DNA of 24,000 nt from Streptomyces rimosus subsp. rimosus. Its GTDB lineage: Bacteria > Actinomycetota > Actinomycetes > Streptomycetales > Streptomycetaceae. Position 1 is the stretch's first letter. Every line of letters begins with the position of its first letter. Below, piece by piece: positions 1 to 7,374 of this stretch. Where the stretch lies: NCBI RefSeq assembly GCF_000720725.1, contig NZ_JOCQ01000023.1, forward strand, positions 41,688 through 65,687. The letters are read 5' to 3'. Under the pieces are notes generated by a model. That model saw nothing but the letters and a program-made list of their open reading frames with translations, was not told the origin of the DNA and ran no database searches. Position numbers and translations under genes: made by a program.

Positions 1-741
1 TGCGGATCGGCCGCCCGCCGCGACGCCCTCGGCGCCGAACTGACCCGGCTGGCTATCGGCCACCACCTGCCCGGCCACGAGGTCCTGGCACGCATCGTCC
101 GCCTCCAGGCCCTCGCCGGACTCGGCGACCTCGCGGCGGCGGACGCGGAGGCCGAGGAGATCGACCGGCTGGCACACCGCAACGAACGGCCGCTCGCCGC
201 GGTGTTCACCTCCTGGTACCGGGCGCTGCGCACCTGCGAGACCGACGGGTGGCCGGCGGCCCGCCCCGCATACGCGAAGGTCCTCGCGGAGACCGCGAAC
301 TGCGGCATGCCCGGACTGGTCCGGGGAGCGGCCGTCCTGGTCGCGCTCGTCCCGGTCATGCGGGGCGACGCCCTGCCCCGCCCCGACGACTTCGCCGGCC
401 TGGACGCGGGCCCGTACCGGCCGTGGCTCGACCCCCTGCTGCTGGCCGCCTCCGGCGCCACCGAGCGGGCCCGGCACGCACTCGCCACGGTTCCCCGGCC
501 GCCCCACGACCTCCTCCAGGAGGCGCTCTGGTGCGTACTGGCCCGTACGGCCGCGGCAGTGGGACACGAGCCGGTCCTGCGCCGGGCCCGCAACGAACTC
601 GCCGATGCTGATGGCGAGTTGGCCGGAGCAGGCAGCGGCCTGGTCTCCTTCGGACCGGTCGCACGCCAGCTGCGGGCCATCGACGCGGCCCTCGGCCAGG
701 GCGCACCGTGCGCTACGGAGCCGGCTGACGGCGGTACGTAG
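1..741 (+). CDS. hypothetical Ala/Leu-rich helical protein, C-terminal part (5' end outside window)
   Basis: Frame 1 is open from base 1 to TAG at 739-741. The listed ORF 202-741 is only the Met-initiated part, and the upstream translation (...LTRLAIGHHLPGHEVLARIVRLQALAGLGDLAAADAEAEEIDRLAHRNERPLAAVFTSWY...) is continuous with it. Third-position GC is high. I did not recognise a family. Confidence 0.6.
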   Translation, partial: CGSAARRDALGAELTRLAIGHHLPGHEVLARIVRLQALAGLGDLAAADAEAEEIDRLAHRNERPLAAVFTSWYRALRTCETDGWPAARPAYAKVLAETANCGMPGLVRGAAVLVALVPVMRGDALPRPDDFAGLDAGPYRPWLDPLLLAASGATERARHALATVPRPPHDLLQEALWCVLARTAAAVGHEPVLRRARNELADADGELAGAGSGLVSFGPVARQLRAIDAALGQGAPCATEPADGGT

Positions 742-750
742 CAGCGGTGG

Positions 751-2037
751 TCATCGGCCCGTGTACAGCAGCCGGTTGCGGGAGTCCTGGCCCGCGTCCT
801 TCACGTGGTCGGCGGTGGAGGCCGCGATGAGCGCCTTGTCGAGTTCGACCGGCGTCGCCCCGGGGTGGCCGGCGAGGTACATCGCGGCGGCACCGGTGGT
901 CTCGGCGGTGGCGGCCGAGGTGCCGGTGAGCTTCACGTAGGAGCTGTTGCCGCGGTTGCCGGCGGTGGTGATGTCGCTGCCGGGCGCGAACAGGTGGACG
1001 CAGTAACCGTAGTTGGACCACGCGGGGCGCTTGTCCTCGCGGTCGGTGGCGGCGACGGTGATGGCGGTGGTCTGCCGGGCGGGGGTGGTCTCGCAGGACT
1101 CGACACCCCGGCCCGACGCGTCCCCGTTCCCGGCCGCGGCGGTGTAGGCGATGCCCTTGTGGGTCATCTGGTAGAGCTGCAGGTCGAGTACCGAGCCGGG
1201 CTCACCGGAGAAGCCCATGTTGACGACGGAGGGGCCGTCGGCGTGGGCGGTGATCCAGTCGACCGCGGACATGATGTGCTCCAGGGTTCCGGTGCCGTCG
1301 CAGCCGAAGGCGCGTACCGACTGCACGGTCGCCCCCTTGGCGATGCCGCTCCAGAGCCCCGCGGCGATGGCCGCCGAGGCGGTCCCGTGACCGTTGCAGT
1401 CGGTGTCGCCGCCGGGGCTCTGCCGGATGGCGTCGTACGCGCCGTGCGCCCGGCCGCCCAGGAACTCCTGATGGCCCACCCGGACGCCGGTGTCGACGAT
1501 GTAGGTGGTCACGCCGGCCCCGGTGCCCGAGAAGCCGTAGCGGCCGTCCAGCGGAAGATCGCGCTGGTCCACGCGGTCCAGCCCCCACGGCGGATTCAGC
1601 TGGACACCACCGGCGGGCCGGTGCGCGGCGGGCACCCGGGCGGGCCGCTGCTGCCCGGACAGGTGTCCGGCGACCCGGTAGGTCCGGTCGCCGGTGATCG
1701 AGTCGACGCGGGTGTCGGAGTAGTAGGTGTCCACCTGCTCGCCGGTCAGCGTCACCGAGAACGCCTGGGAGGCGGCGAAGTACACCCTGCGCAACTCGCC
1801 GCCGTGGGCGGCGATCAGCTCATGGGCCCGCTCGGTGACCGCTTCCTCGGTCGCCTTGGTGCCGTTCACCTCGATGATGTACACGGCCGGGGCGGAGGAG
1901 ACGAAGGAGACGAAGGAGACCCGGTTGCCCGGCACGGCCGACGACGCCGGGCCGGCGGACAGCGCGGGAACGGCCACGGCGATCGCCGCGGCGGCCGCCG
2001 CGGCGGCCCAGGGCTTCCTTCTGAGGGCCGCCATCAT
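751..2037 (-). CDS. secreted subtilisin-like serine protease (peptidase S8 with I9-type propeptide)
   Basis: Triad and oxyanion motifs are present: YIVDTGV (Asp), HGTASAA (His), AAGNG (Asn), GTSAATAETTG (Ser). The N-terminus MMAALRRKPWAAAAAAAAIAVAVPALSA looks like a signal peptide and is followed by a propeptide-like segment. The ATG at 2037 is preceded by GAAGGAGG 5 nt upstream. The 727-aa ORF-track version runs through the upstream genes and is an artefact. Confidence 0.9.
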   Translation of the reverse strand: MMAALRRKPWAAAAAAAAIAVAVPALSAGPASSAVPGNRVSFVSFVSSAPAVYIIEVNGTKATEEAVTERAHELIAAHGGELRRVYFAASQAFSVTLTGEQVDTYYSDTRVDSITGDRTYRVAGHLSGQQRPARVPAAHRPAGGVQLNPPWGLDRVDQRDLPLDGRYGFSGTGAGVTTYIVDTGVRVGHQEFLGGRAHGAYDAIRQSPGGDTDCNGHGTASAAIAAGLWSGIAKGATVQSVRAFGCDGTGTLEHIMSAVDWITAHADGPSVVNMGFSGEPGSVLDLQLYQMTHKGIAYTAAAGNGDASGRGVESCETTPARQTTAITVAATDREDKRPAWSNYGYCVHLFAPGSDITTAGNRGNSSYVKLTGTSAATAETTGAAAMYLAGHPGATPVELDKALIAASTADHVKDAGQDSRNRLLYTGR

Positions 2038-2052
2038 GGAGACCTCCTTCAC

Positions 2053-2087
2053 GGGGGATTTCTGCATGGGGGATTTCCGCATGGGGG
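2053..2087. repeat. 15-nt tandem direct repeat (two full copies and a partial third) just upstream of the S8 protease SD
   Basis: gggggatttctgcat (2053-2067), gggggatttccgcat (2068-2082), then ggggg... (2083-2087). One mismatch between the full copies. Confidence 0.85.
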
Positions 2088-2159
2088 TGGGCCTTTCGCC
2101 TTGCGTGGAGAGAGCGCCCGGGGCGTCGGCAGGAGAGGCGACGCCTCCCGGGTCAGGGC

Positions 2160-2192
2160 GGTGCCGCCGCGCACCGGGGTGGCGGCGGCACC
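2160..2192 (-). terminator. GC-rich stem-loop 6 nt downstream of the thioredoxin-like gene stop
   Basis: An 11-bp perfect stem, ggtgccgccgc (2160-2170) with gcggcggcacc (2182-2192), and an 11-nt loop. There is no clear U-tract, which is common in high-GC actinomycetes. Confidence 0.5.
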
Positions 2193-2198
2193 CGAGCA

Positions 2199-2645
2199 CT
2201 ACAGCCGGTTCAGCCAGTTGCGCAGCGAGCTGGGCCCGTCGAAGCCCACCAGGCGGCTTCCGGCCTCGCGGCCGTTGCGGATGTTGAGCAGCGCGGGGAT
2301 ACCGCGCACGTTGTACTTCTGGGAGAGGCCGGGGTTCTCGTCGACGTCGACCTTCGCCCATACCCAGGCGCCCTTGTCCTGGGTGTTGTACTGCTGGAGG
2401 TAGGGCTTCTGCTTCTGGCACCAGTAACACCACGAAGCGGTGAAGTCGAGCACGACGGGCTTGGTCTTCGACCACTGCATGACCTGGTCGTAGTTCGCGT
2501 CGGTCACGTCGACGACGGCGGGGATGTCGGCGGCGGGGGCGGCCGCCTCGGTCACGGGCGCCACCGGGGCGGCGATGGCCGCGGTGGCGGTGCCGCTGAG
2601 GAGTGTTGCCACTGCCGCGGTCACGACAGCCAGCTTGCGGTACAT
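2199..2645 (-). CDS. secreted thioredoxin-fold thiol-disulfide oxidoreductase (atypical WCYWC motif)
   Basis: The Sec-type signal peptide is MYRKLAVVTAAVATLLSGTATAAIA/AP. The thioredoxin-like core reads VVLDFTASWCYWCQKQKPYL...VRGIPALL, with a cis-Pro-like IP. The RBS GGAAGGGAA lies upstream of the ATG at 2645. Confidence 0.85.
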   Translation of the reverse strand: MYRKLAVVTAAVATLLSGTATAAIAAPVAPVTEAAAPAADIPAVVDVTDANYDQVMQWSKTKPVVLDFTASWCYWCQKQKPYLQQYNTQDKGAWVWAKVDVDENPGLSQKYNVRGIPALLNIRNGREAGSRLVGFDGPSSLRNWLNRL

Positions 2646-2740
2646 GGTCGGTTCCCTTCCGTGGAAATTTCGATGGATGTGTGCTGGGTGGACATGGCTG
2701 GGCGCACGTACGCGCGGGAGGAGGCGGAGTCCGGGCGTCC

Positions 2741-3094
2741 TCAGCCCGTGGCGGTCTGTGTCGGCAGACCGTGGGCGACCCAGTCCTCGATTCCCTCGCG
2801 GTACTTGCGCACGTTCGTGTAACCGAGCGACACCAGCCGGCTACCGACGATCTCGCTGTTGCGGCACGGCACGTTCGCGCAGTACACGACGATGGGAGCG
2901 GTACGGTCCGGCAGTACGGTGGGCGCGAGTTCATCGGTGAAGCGCGCCGCGTCGTCGTAGGGGAAGCCCGGAATGTTCACCGCGCCGGGCAGGTGCTCCT
3001 GCCCGTAGTAGGCCGTCGGCATGGTGTCGACCACGACGACCTTCCCGGCGTCCATTTCCGCTTTCAGTTCGTCTCGCGTCACCAGGGGGAGCAC
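2741..3094 (-). CDS. single-domain rhodanese-like sulfurtransferase
   Basis: The 117-aa protein has a rhodanese fold signature (VVVDTMP..HLPGAVNIP..) and the active-site loop VVYCANVPCRNS (Cys-X5-Arg with a second Cys). The GTG start at 3094 is preceded by GGAGG 5 nt upstream and lies only 18 nt after the permease stop. Confidence 0.85.
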   Translation of the reverse strand: MLPLVTRDELKAEMDAGKVVVVDTMPTAYYGQEHLPGAVNIPGFPYDDAARFTDELAPTVLPDRTAPIVVYCANVPCRNSEIVGSRLVSLGYTNVRKYREGIEDWVAHGLPTQTATG

Positions 3095-3112
3095 AACGGC
3101 CTCCGGCTCTCG

Positions 3113-4501
3113 TCATACGGTTCGGTCGGGGAGGGGGGTGCCCCGCGCGGGAGTGCCGCGCCGGGCGTACACCGCGCGGCCGGCCACCGCGTACAGGGCG
3201 AAGGCGGCCACGACGGCGTTGATGGCGGGGATGCCGAAGTCCAGGTACGTGCCGGCCAGCGTCCCGACGGCCCAGCAGATCAGGGACAACGGCTGCCAGT
3301 CGGGACCGTGTTCGGGCAGGACACCGGTACGCCGGGCCCGGTCGAGGCTTACGCGGTGGCGCCGGACGACGTAGTACTCGGCGATGATGATTCCGGCCAC
3401 GGGAGGGGCGAGCATCCCGATGGCCGTCAGGAAGCCGGTGAAGTCGCCGACCACGCCCAGGGCGGACAGGGCGGTGCCCGCGGCGCCGATGCCCAGGGTC
3501 ACGGCCCGGCGGCCGATGCGGCGGCCGAAGAGCACATCCACGCTGTTGACCGTGGCCAGCGCGGACGAGTACAGGTTCCAGTCGTTGATCTTCAGGATCG
3601 CCGTCGCCAGGATCAGCGTGCCCAGCAGGCCGGACGAGGTGGTGATGATGCCCACGACGTCCGCGGTGCGGGCGGCGTGACCGAGCAGCACCGCGGTCAG
3701 GCCGATGAGGTACTCCCCCAGCGTCACGCCCAGCAGCGTCTGCTTGACGACGTCGGAGGGGCGGCGGTTGAAGCGCGTCATGTCCGGCGTCATCAGGGCG
3801 CCGAGGATGAAGGCGCCGGCGACCAGCGTCGTCCCCTGTGCCAGGGACATCACGGGGCCGGGCGGGGCGCCGGTCAGCAGCTCGTTCAGCGAGTGGCCGG
3901 CCAGCGTGTCCACCACCGACCAGCCGGCCAGGAGGAGGAAGGCGGGCACGGCCAGATACGCCGTCCACGCCATGATGCGGAAGCCGAAGACCGAGACGGC
4001 GGTGACCGCCGCGCCGCCGAGGACCGCCCAGGCCCACTCCGGCGCCCATGCGGCGAGCTGGTGCATGCCGTGCGCGAAGACGCCGTTCTGTACGCCGAAC
4101 CAGCCGGCGAGGCTGAACGCCACCAGCACTCCGACGGCGGCGGAGCCCTTGCGGCCGAAGCCCGACCAGCGGGCCAGCACCGAGGTGGACACCCCCTCCC
4201 GCACTCCGGCGACGCCCAGGAGGATCGTGACGATCTCCAGCATCACCGAGCCGACGGTGATGGCGATCACCGCGTCGGTGAAGGCCATGCCGTAGCCCAG
4301 GACGGCGCCGACCATGAACTGCTGGAAGGAGGAGACCTGGCCGAAGCGCTGCACGGCCACGCTGAACCAGGAGCGGCGGGCCTCCTCGGGGACCGGGGTG
4401 AGCGAGTAGTCGTCCTGGGCCTCGTTCCCCGCGGACCGGACGGCCTTCTTTCCGGTCCGGGGCGGCACGTCGCCGCTGCCCGTGTTCTCAGCCGACGCCA
4501 C
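3113..4501 (-). CDS. NCS1-family (cytosine/purine/uracil/hydantoin-type) permease, about 12 TM
   Basis: It resembles CodB-type permeases throughout, for example RRSWFSVAVQRFGQVSSFQQFMVGAVLG, TPDMTRFNR and INDWNLYSSALA. I prefer the GTG start at 4501 because AGGAGG sits 6 nt upstream. The ATG at 4570 and GTG at 4468 are alternative starts. With the 4501 start the gene overlaps the CDPS 3' end by 14 nt. Confidence 0.85.
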   Translation of the reverse strand: MASAENTGSGDVPPRTGKKAVRSAGNEAQDDYSLTPVPEEARRSWFSVAVQRFGQVSSFQQFMVGAVLGYGMAFTDAVIAITVGSVMLEIVTILLGVAGVREGVSTSVLARWSGFGRKGSAAVGVLVAFSLAGWFGVQNGVFAHGMHQLAAWAPEWAWAVLGGAAVTAVSVFGFRIMAWTAYLAVPAFLLLAGWSVVDTLAGHSLNELLTGAPPGPVMSLAQGTTLVAGAFILGALMTPDMTRFNRRPSDVVKQTLLGVTLGEYLIGLTAVLLGHAARTADVVGIITTSSGLLGTLILATAILKINDWNLYSSALATVNSVDVLFGRRIGRRAVTLGIGAAGTALSALGVVGDFTGFLTAIGMLAPPVAGIIIAEYYVVRRHRVSLDRARRTGVLPEHGPDWQPLSLICWAVGTLAGTYLDFGIPAINAVVAAFALYAVAGRAVYARRGTPARGTPLPDRTV

Positions 4502-5228
4502 GGGCCGCCTCCTGTGCCGGTACGGCTCCGGTCCGGAGCTGCGTCCCGGGCCGGTCCTGCGCCGCTTCACGGACGACCAGGAAGCCCTGCCCGCCCGTCG
4601 GCTGCAGGCTCAGTTCCCGGCGGAAGAAGCGCTCCAGGAAGGCGACCCGTTGGTGGTAGACGAAGAACGAGACGCGGTGTCCGGCGATGCCCCCGGCGTC
4701 GATGAAGAGCGGCAACTCGGCGAGGAAGTAGCGCACCGCTTCACGGAGTTGGTCCTCGGTCGCGGTGATGCCCGGCGGGAGCTTGTGCTCCAGCACCCAG
4801 TGCGAGGCGTCGAGACACGCGGCGCGGAAGGACTCGTCCTCCTCGTAGCGCAGGTGGACCTCGTCGAACAGGGCCAGATAGCGGGGAGTGCGGTGCAGCC
4901 GGTCCATGCCCCAGACCAGGCCCGCGGGGTCCTCCACGCCCAGTGCGCGCAGCGCCGTGGTGATCTTGTTGTGTACGTACTGTCCCTGCCGCCGGGCCTT
5001 GTGGCGGGCGTGGTCCAGGTCGTACCCCAGGGCCCGCAGGGTGTGCGCGGCCGCCATGTCCGGCACGAAGAAGTGGACGCTCTCGAAGCGCGTCACGGCC
5101 CAGTCGGCCAGTCGCCGCAGGCGCGCGGTGGTGAAGTAGCTGTTGAACGGGCTGACTCCGATGCACACGTGAGTGGCCGTCGGCAGGTAGCCGCGACATC
5201 GCTCGGTCAGTGGTTCAATGACAAACAT
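4488..5228 (-). CDS. cyclodipeptide synthase (tRNA-dependent, NYH-type signature)
   Basis: CDPS hallmark motifs align to AlbC. CIGVSPFNSYF matches GISAGNSYF (catalytic Ser plus Asn), YFLAELPLF matches YVLAEAPLF (Tyr and Glu), and FVYHQ matches CYHID (Tyr-His). The ATG at 5228 is preceded by GAGGA 5 nt upstream. The ORF-track start at 5240 is a GTG four codons further up. The protein is 246 aa, typical for a CDPS. Confidence 0.9.
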   Translation of the reverse strand: MFVIEPLTERCRGYLPTATHVCIGVSPFNSYFTTARLRRLADWAVTRFESVHFFVPDMAAAHTLRALGYDLDHARHKARRQGQYVHNKITTALRALGVEDPAGLVWGMDRLHRTPRYLALFDEVHLRYEEDESFRAACLDASHWVLEHKLPPGITATEDQLREAVRYFLAELPLFIDAGGIAGHRVSFFVYHQRVAFLERFFRRELSLQPTGGQGFLVVREAAQDRPGTQLRTGAVPAQEAARGVG

Positions 5229-5495
5229 CTTGATCCTCACACGGTGATGCGGACGAGCCCCCCTCGCACGGCCGGTCCGGCCGGCCCGTGAAGCGATGAC
5301 TGGAATAGTGACGGCGCAACAGTTGACTGAGTACTGCCGCCGGGTAATACCAATTGCGCAAACCCCCGCCCGGCTAGCGGAGAGTGCCCACCGGCAAGCG
5401 GACGGTGATCACCGAGAATGAACAATTCCGGAGAAACGAACACGTTGGGCTGAGGCCCTGGCGAATGCATCGGCAAGCGGCTTAACTCTTGGCTT
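5229..5495. promoter_or_regulatory. divergent promoter region between the CDPS operon and the LysR regulator
   Basis: This is a 267-nt intergenic region between divergent genes and is locally AT-richer. Overlapping palindromes CAATTG (5351-5356) and TTGCGCAA (5354-5361) are candidate LysR-type operator elements. I could not assign -10 or -35 boxes. Confidence 0.4.
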
Positions 5496-6416
5496 ATGGA
5501 TCTGCAACTTCGCCACTTACGGCAACTTCGCGTAATTTCCGACGCCGGAAGCCTGAACAGGGCCGCGACCGCGCTCGGCCTGCCGCAGCCGGCCCTGAGC
5601 CGCCAGATACGCAGACTGGAAGAACTGTTCGGCGGAACGTTGTTCGAACGCGATCGGCACGGCACGCGCCCATCCCCTTTGGGAAGCGCCGTACTGGACC
5701 ACGCAGAGTCCATCCTGCGCACCTTCGACGACCTGACGGAGCAGGTGCACGACTACCGCAGGCTCAGACGCGGGACACTCAGGGTCGGCTGGGCCCACAG
5801 CGGGCTGTACGAACCCATCCTGGGATGCCTGCGGCAGCTGTCGTGCGACGGGAACGTCCAGATCACGACCTCCGGTTCCAGCCGCGAGCTGATGGACCTG
5901 CTGCGGGCGGGGGAGATCGACATCGCCCTGCGCGACCACTCGTCGACCGACGGCCCGGTACCCACCCGTGACGGCGCGATCGGGCACGTCGCCTGGGCGG
6001 AGTCCCCGGTGCTGCTCGCGGTGGCGGCCGGTACGGCACTGGCCACCGCGGAACGTCTGACCATGGCGGACCTCGCGGGCGAGGACTGGATCTCCTGCAC
6101 CGGGCCGGACGCCTGCGACGACAAGCTACGCCGGCTCTGCGCCGCCTACGGGTTCAGCCCGCGCATCACCCACGACGTCACGGTGTCCGGACCCCGCGGC
6201 GCGGTGATCCGGCACCAGGGCTGCGTCGCCCTGACGCAGGCCTACCGCCCCCTGCTGCCGGGCGTGGTGCGGCGCACCGTGGACGACCTGGCCATGCGGG
6301 TGACGCATCTGGTGACCTACCGCATGGAGAGCTGGATCGCCGCGAAGGTGCCGCGGCTGGTCACCCTGCTGTCCGCCGCCTACCGAGGACAGGCCACGGA
6401 TCCCGAGTTGTCATGA
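5496..6416 (+). CDS. LysR-family transcriptional regulator (contains a TTA codon at codon 8)
   Basis: The N-terminal HTH is LRHLRQLRVISDAGSLNRAATALGLPQPALSRQIRRLEELFGGTLFERDRHGTRPSPLG, followed by a substrate-binding-type C-terminal domain. It is divergent from the CDPS operon. Confidence 0.9.
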   Translation: MDLQLRHLRQLRVISDAGSLNRAATALGLPQPALSRQIRRLEELFGGTLFERDRHGTRPSPLGSAVLDHAESILRTFDDLTEQVHDYRRLRRGTLRVGWAHSGLYEPILGCLRQLSCDGNVQITTSGSSRELMDLLRAGEIDIALRDHSSTDGPVPTRDGAIGHVAWAESPVLLAVAAGTALATAERLTMADLAGEDWISCTGPDACDDKLRRLCAAYGFSPRITHDVTVSGPRGAVIRHQGCVALTQAYRPLLPGVVRRTVDDLAMRVTHLVTYRMESWIAAKVPRLVTLLSAAYRGQATDPELS

Positions 6417-7366
6417 ACATAGAAATTCAGGACCTGCGGGTGCTGCGCGCCGTCGCCGAGAGCGGAAGCCTGGCCGGCGCGGCACGCAGCCTCGGGGTCA
6501 ACCAGGCCGGCGTCACCCGCCGGATACAGCACCTCGAACGGGTCACCGAACTCGTCGTACTGCACCGCGACCACCAGGGCGCCCGTCTCACCGCGGCCGG
6601 CCGGCTCCTGCTGCGCTGGGCCGACGACCTGCTGCCCAAGGTCGACCGTCTGCTGACCGCCTGCGGCCGCGAAGGCATCCCCGGACCTTCGGCCGAACGC
6701 CTGCGCATCGGCGCGGTACCCACTCCGGCCCTCCCCCTGATCACCAGCCTGCTCCGCGCCCATCTGCCGTCGACCGCCATCGAGCCGCGCACCGTTGGGG
6801 ACACGCTCCGGGAGGCGGCCTGCGAAGCACCGGCCGCGGGCCACGGCACCGCCCTGCCGGACCTGTTCCGCTCCCACTGCCTCGACCTGGCCGTCGTACG
6901 GCACTGCGTCGCGCTGGACGCCCCCCTGCCCGCCCTCTTCGGCTCCGCCGTACTCGCCGAGGAGAACCTCCTCATCGGCACCGTCGCCGGGCACCGCCTC
7001 GCAGGCAGGCCCTCGCTCCTGCTCGGCGACCTCGACGGAGAGACCTGCCTGCTCGTCGGCGGCCGGCGGCACGCCGACCTGCGCCGCCACTTCACCGCCG
7101 CCGTCCGGCACGCCGGCGTCCGCGTCTGGCTGCGCTGGGCGTCCGACGAGGCCGAGGCCGCCGCGCTGGCCTGCGCGCTGCCCGGAGTACTGCCCGCCTA
7201 TCCGCTCCCCGCGCCGAAAGCCGGCATGATCTACACCCCGCTCACCGACGACCGTACGCGTCATCGGCTGCTGCTGGTCTGGGAGGCGGACGGACCGGCC
7301 GCCGACTGGGCGCCCGGTCTCGCGGACCTGGTCCGCGAGACCTACCGACGCGCCGACCAGGCGTGA
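6413..7366 (+). CDS. LysR-family transcriptional regulator (second, divergent copy)
   Basis: The HTH is LRVLRAVAESGSLAGAARSLGVNQAGVTRRIQHLERV...ARLTAAGRLLL. Its start ATG overlaps the upstream stop as ATGA at 6413-6416. Confidence 0.85.
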   Translation: MNIEIQDLRVLRAVAESGSLAGAARSLGVNQAGVTRRIQHLERVTELVVLHRDHQGARLTAAGRLLLRWADDLLPKVDRLLTACGREGIPGPSAERLRIGAVPTPALPLITSLLRAHLPSTAIEPRTVGDTLREAACEAPAAGHGTALPDLFRSHCLDLAVVRHCVALDAPLPALFGSAVLAEENLLIGTVAGHRLAGRPSLLLGDLDGETCLLVGGRRHADLRRHFTAAVRHAGVRVWLRWASDEAEAAALACALPGVLPAYPLPAPKAGMIYTPLTDDRTRHRLLLVWEADGPAADWAPGLADLVRETYRRADQA

Positions 7367-7374
7367 GGGGACAG

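Noticed and set aside
2038-2934. Upstream 299-codon extension of the S8 protease ORF (727-aa version)
   Set aside because: The extension overlaps the thioredoxin-like and rhodanese genes in another frame and is Arg/Pro-rich. The ATG at 2037 has a strong SD and a proper signal peptide.
4502-4570. ATG at 4570 as the permease start
   Set aside because: It would give an 83-nt overlap with the CDPS and a 23-aa Arg/Pro-rich extension with no SD. GTG 4501 has AGGAGG at ideal spacing. It is kept only as an alternative.
2603-4705. 700-aa plus-strand ORF spanning the rhodanese, permease and CDPS region
   Set aside because: It is antisense to three genes with clear family motifs. Its translation is Gly/Arg/Asp/His-rich with no recognisable domain. 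This is a typical open antisense frame in high-GC DNA.
5237-5722. 161-aa minus-strand ORF covering the CDPS/LysR intergenic region
   Set aside because: It overlaps the LysR N-terminus in antisense and crosses the divergent promoter region. Its composition is implausible.
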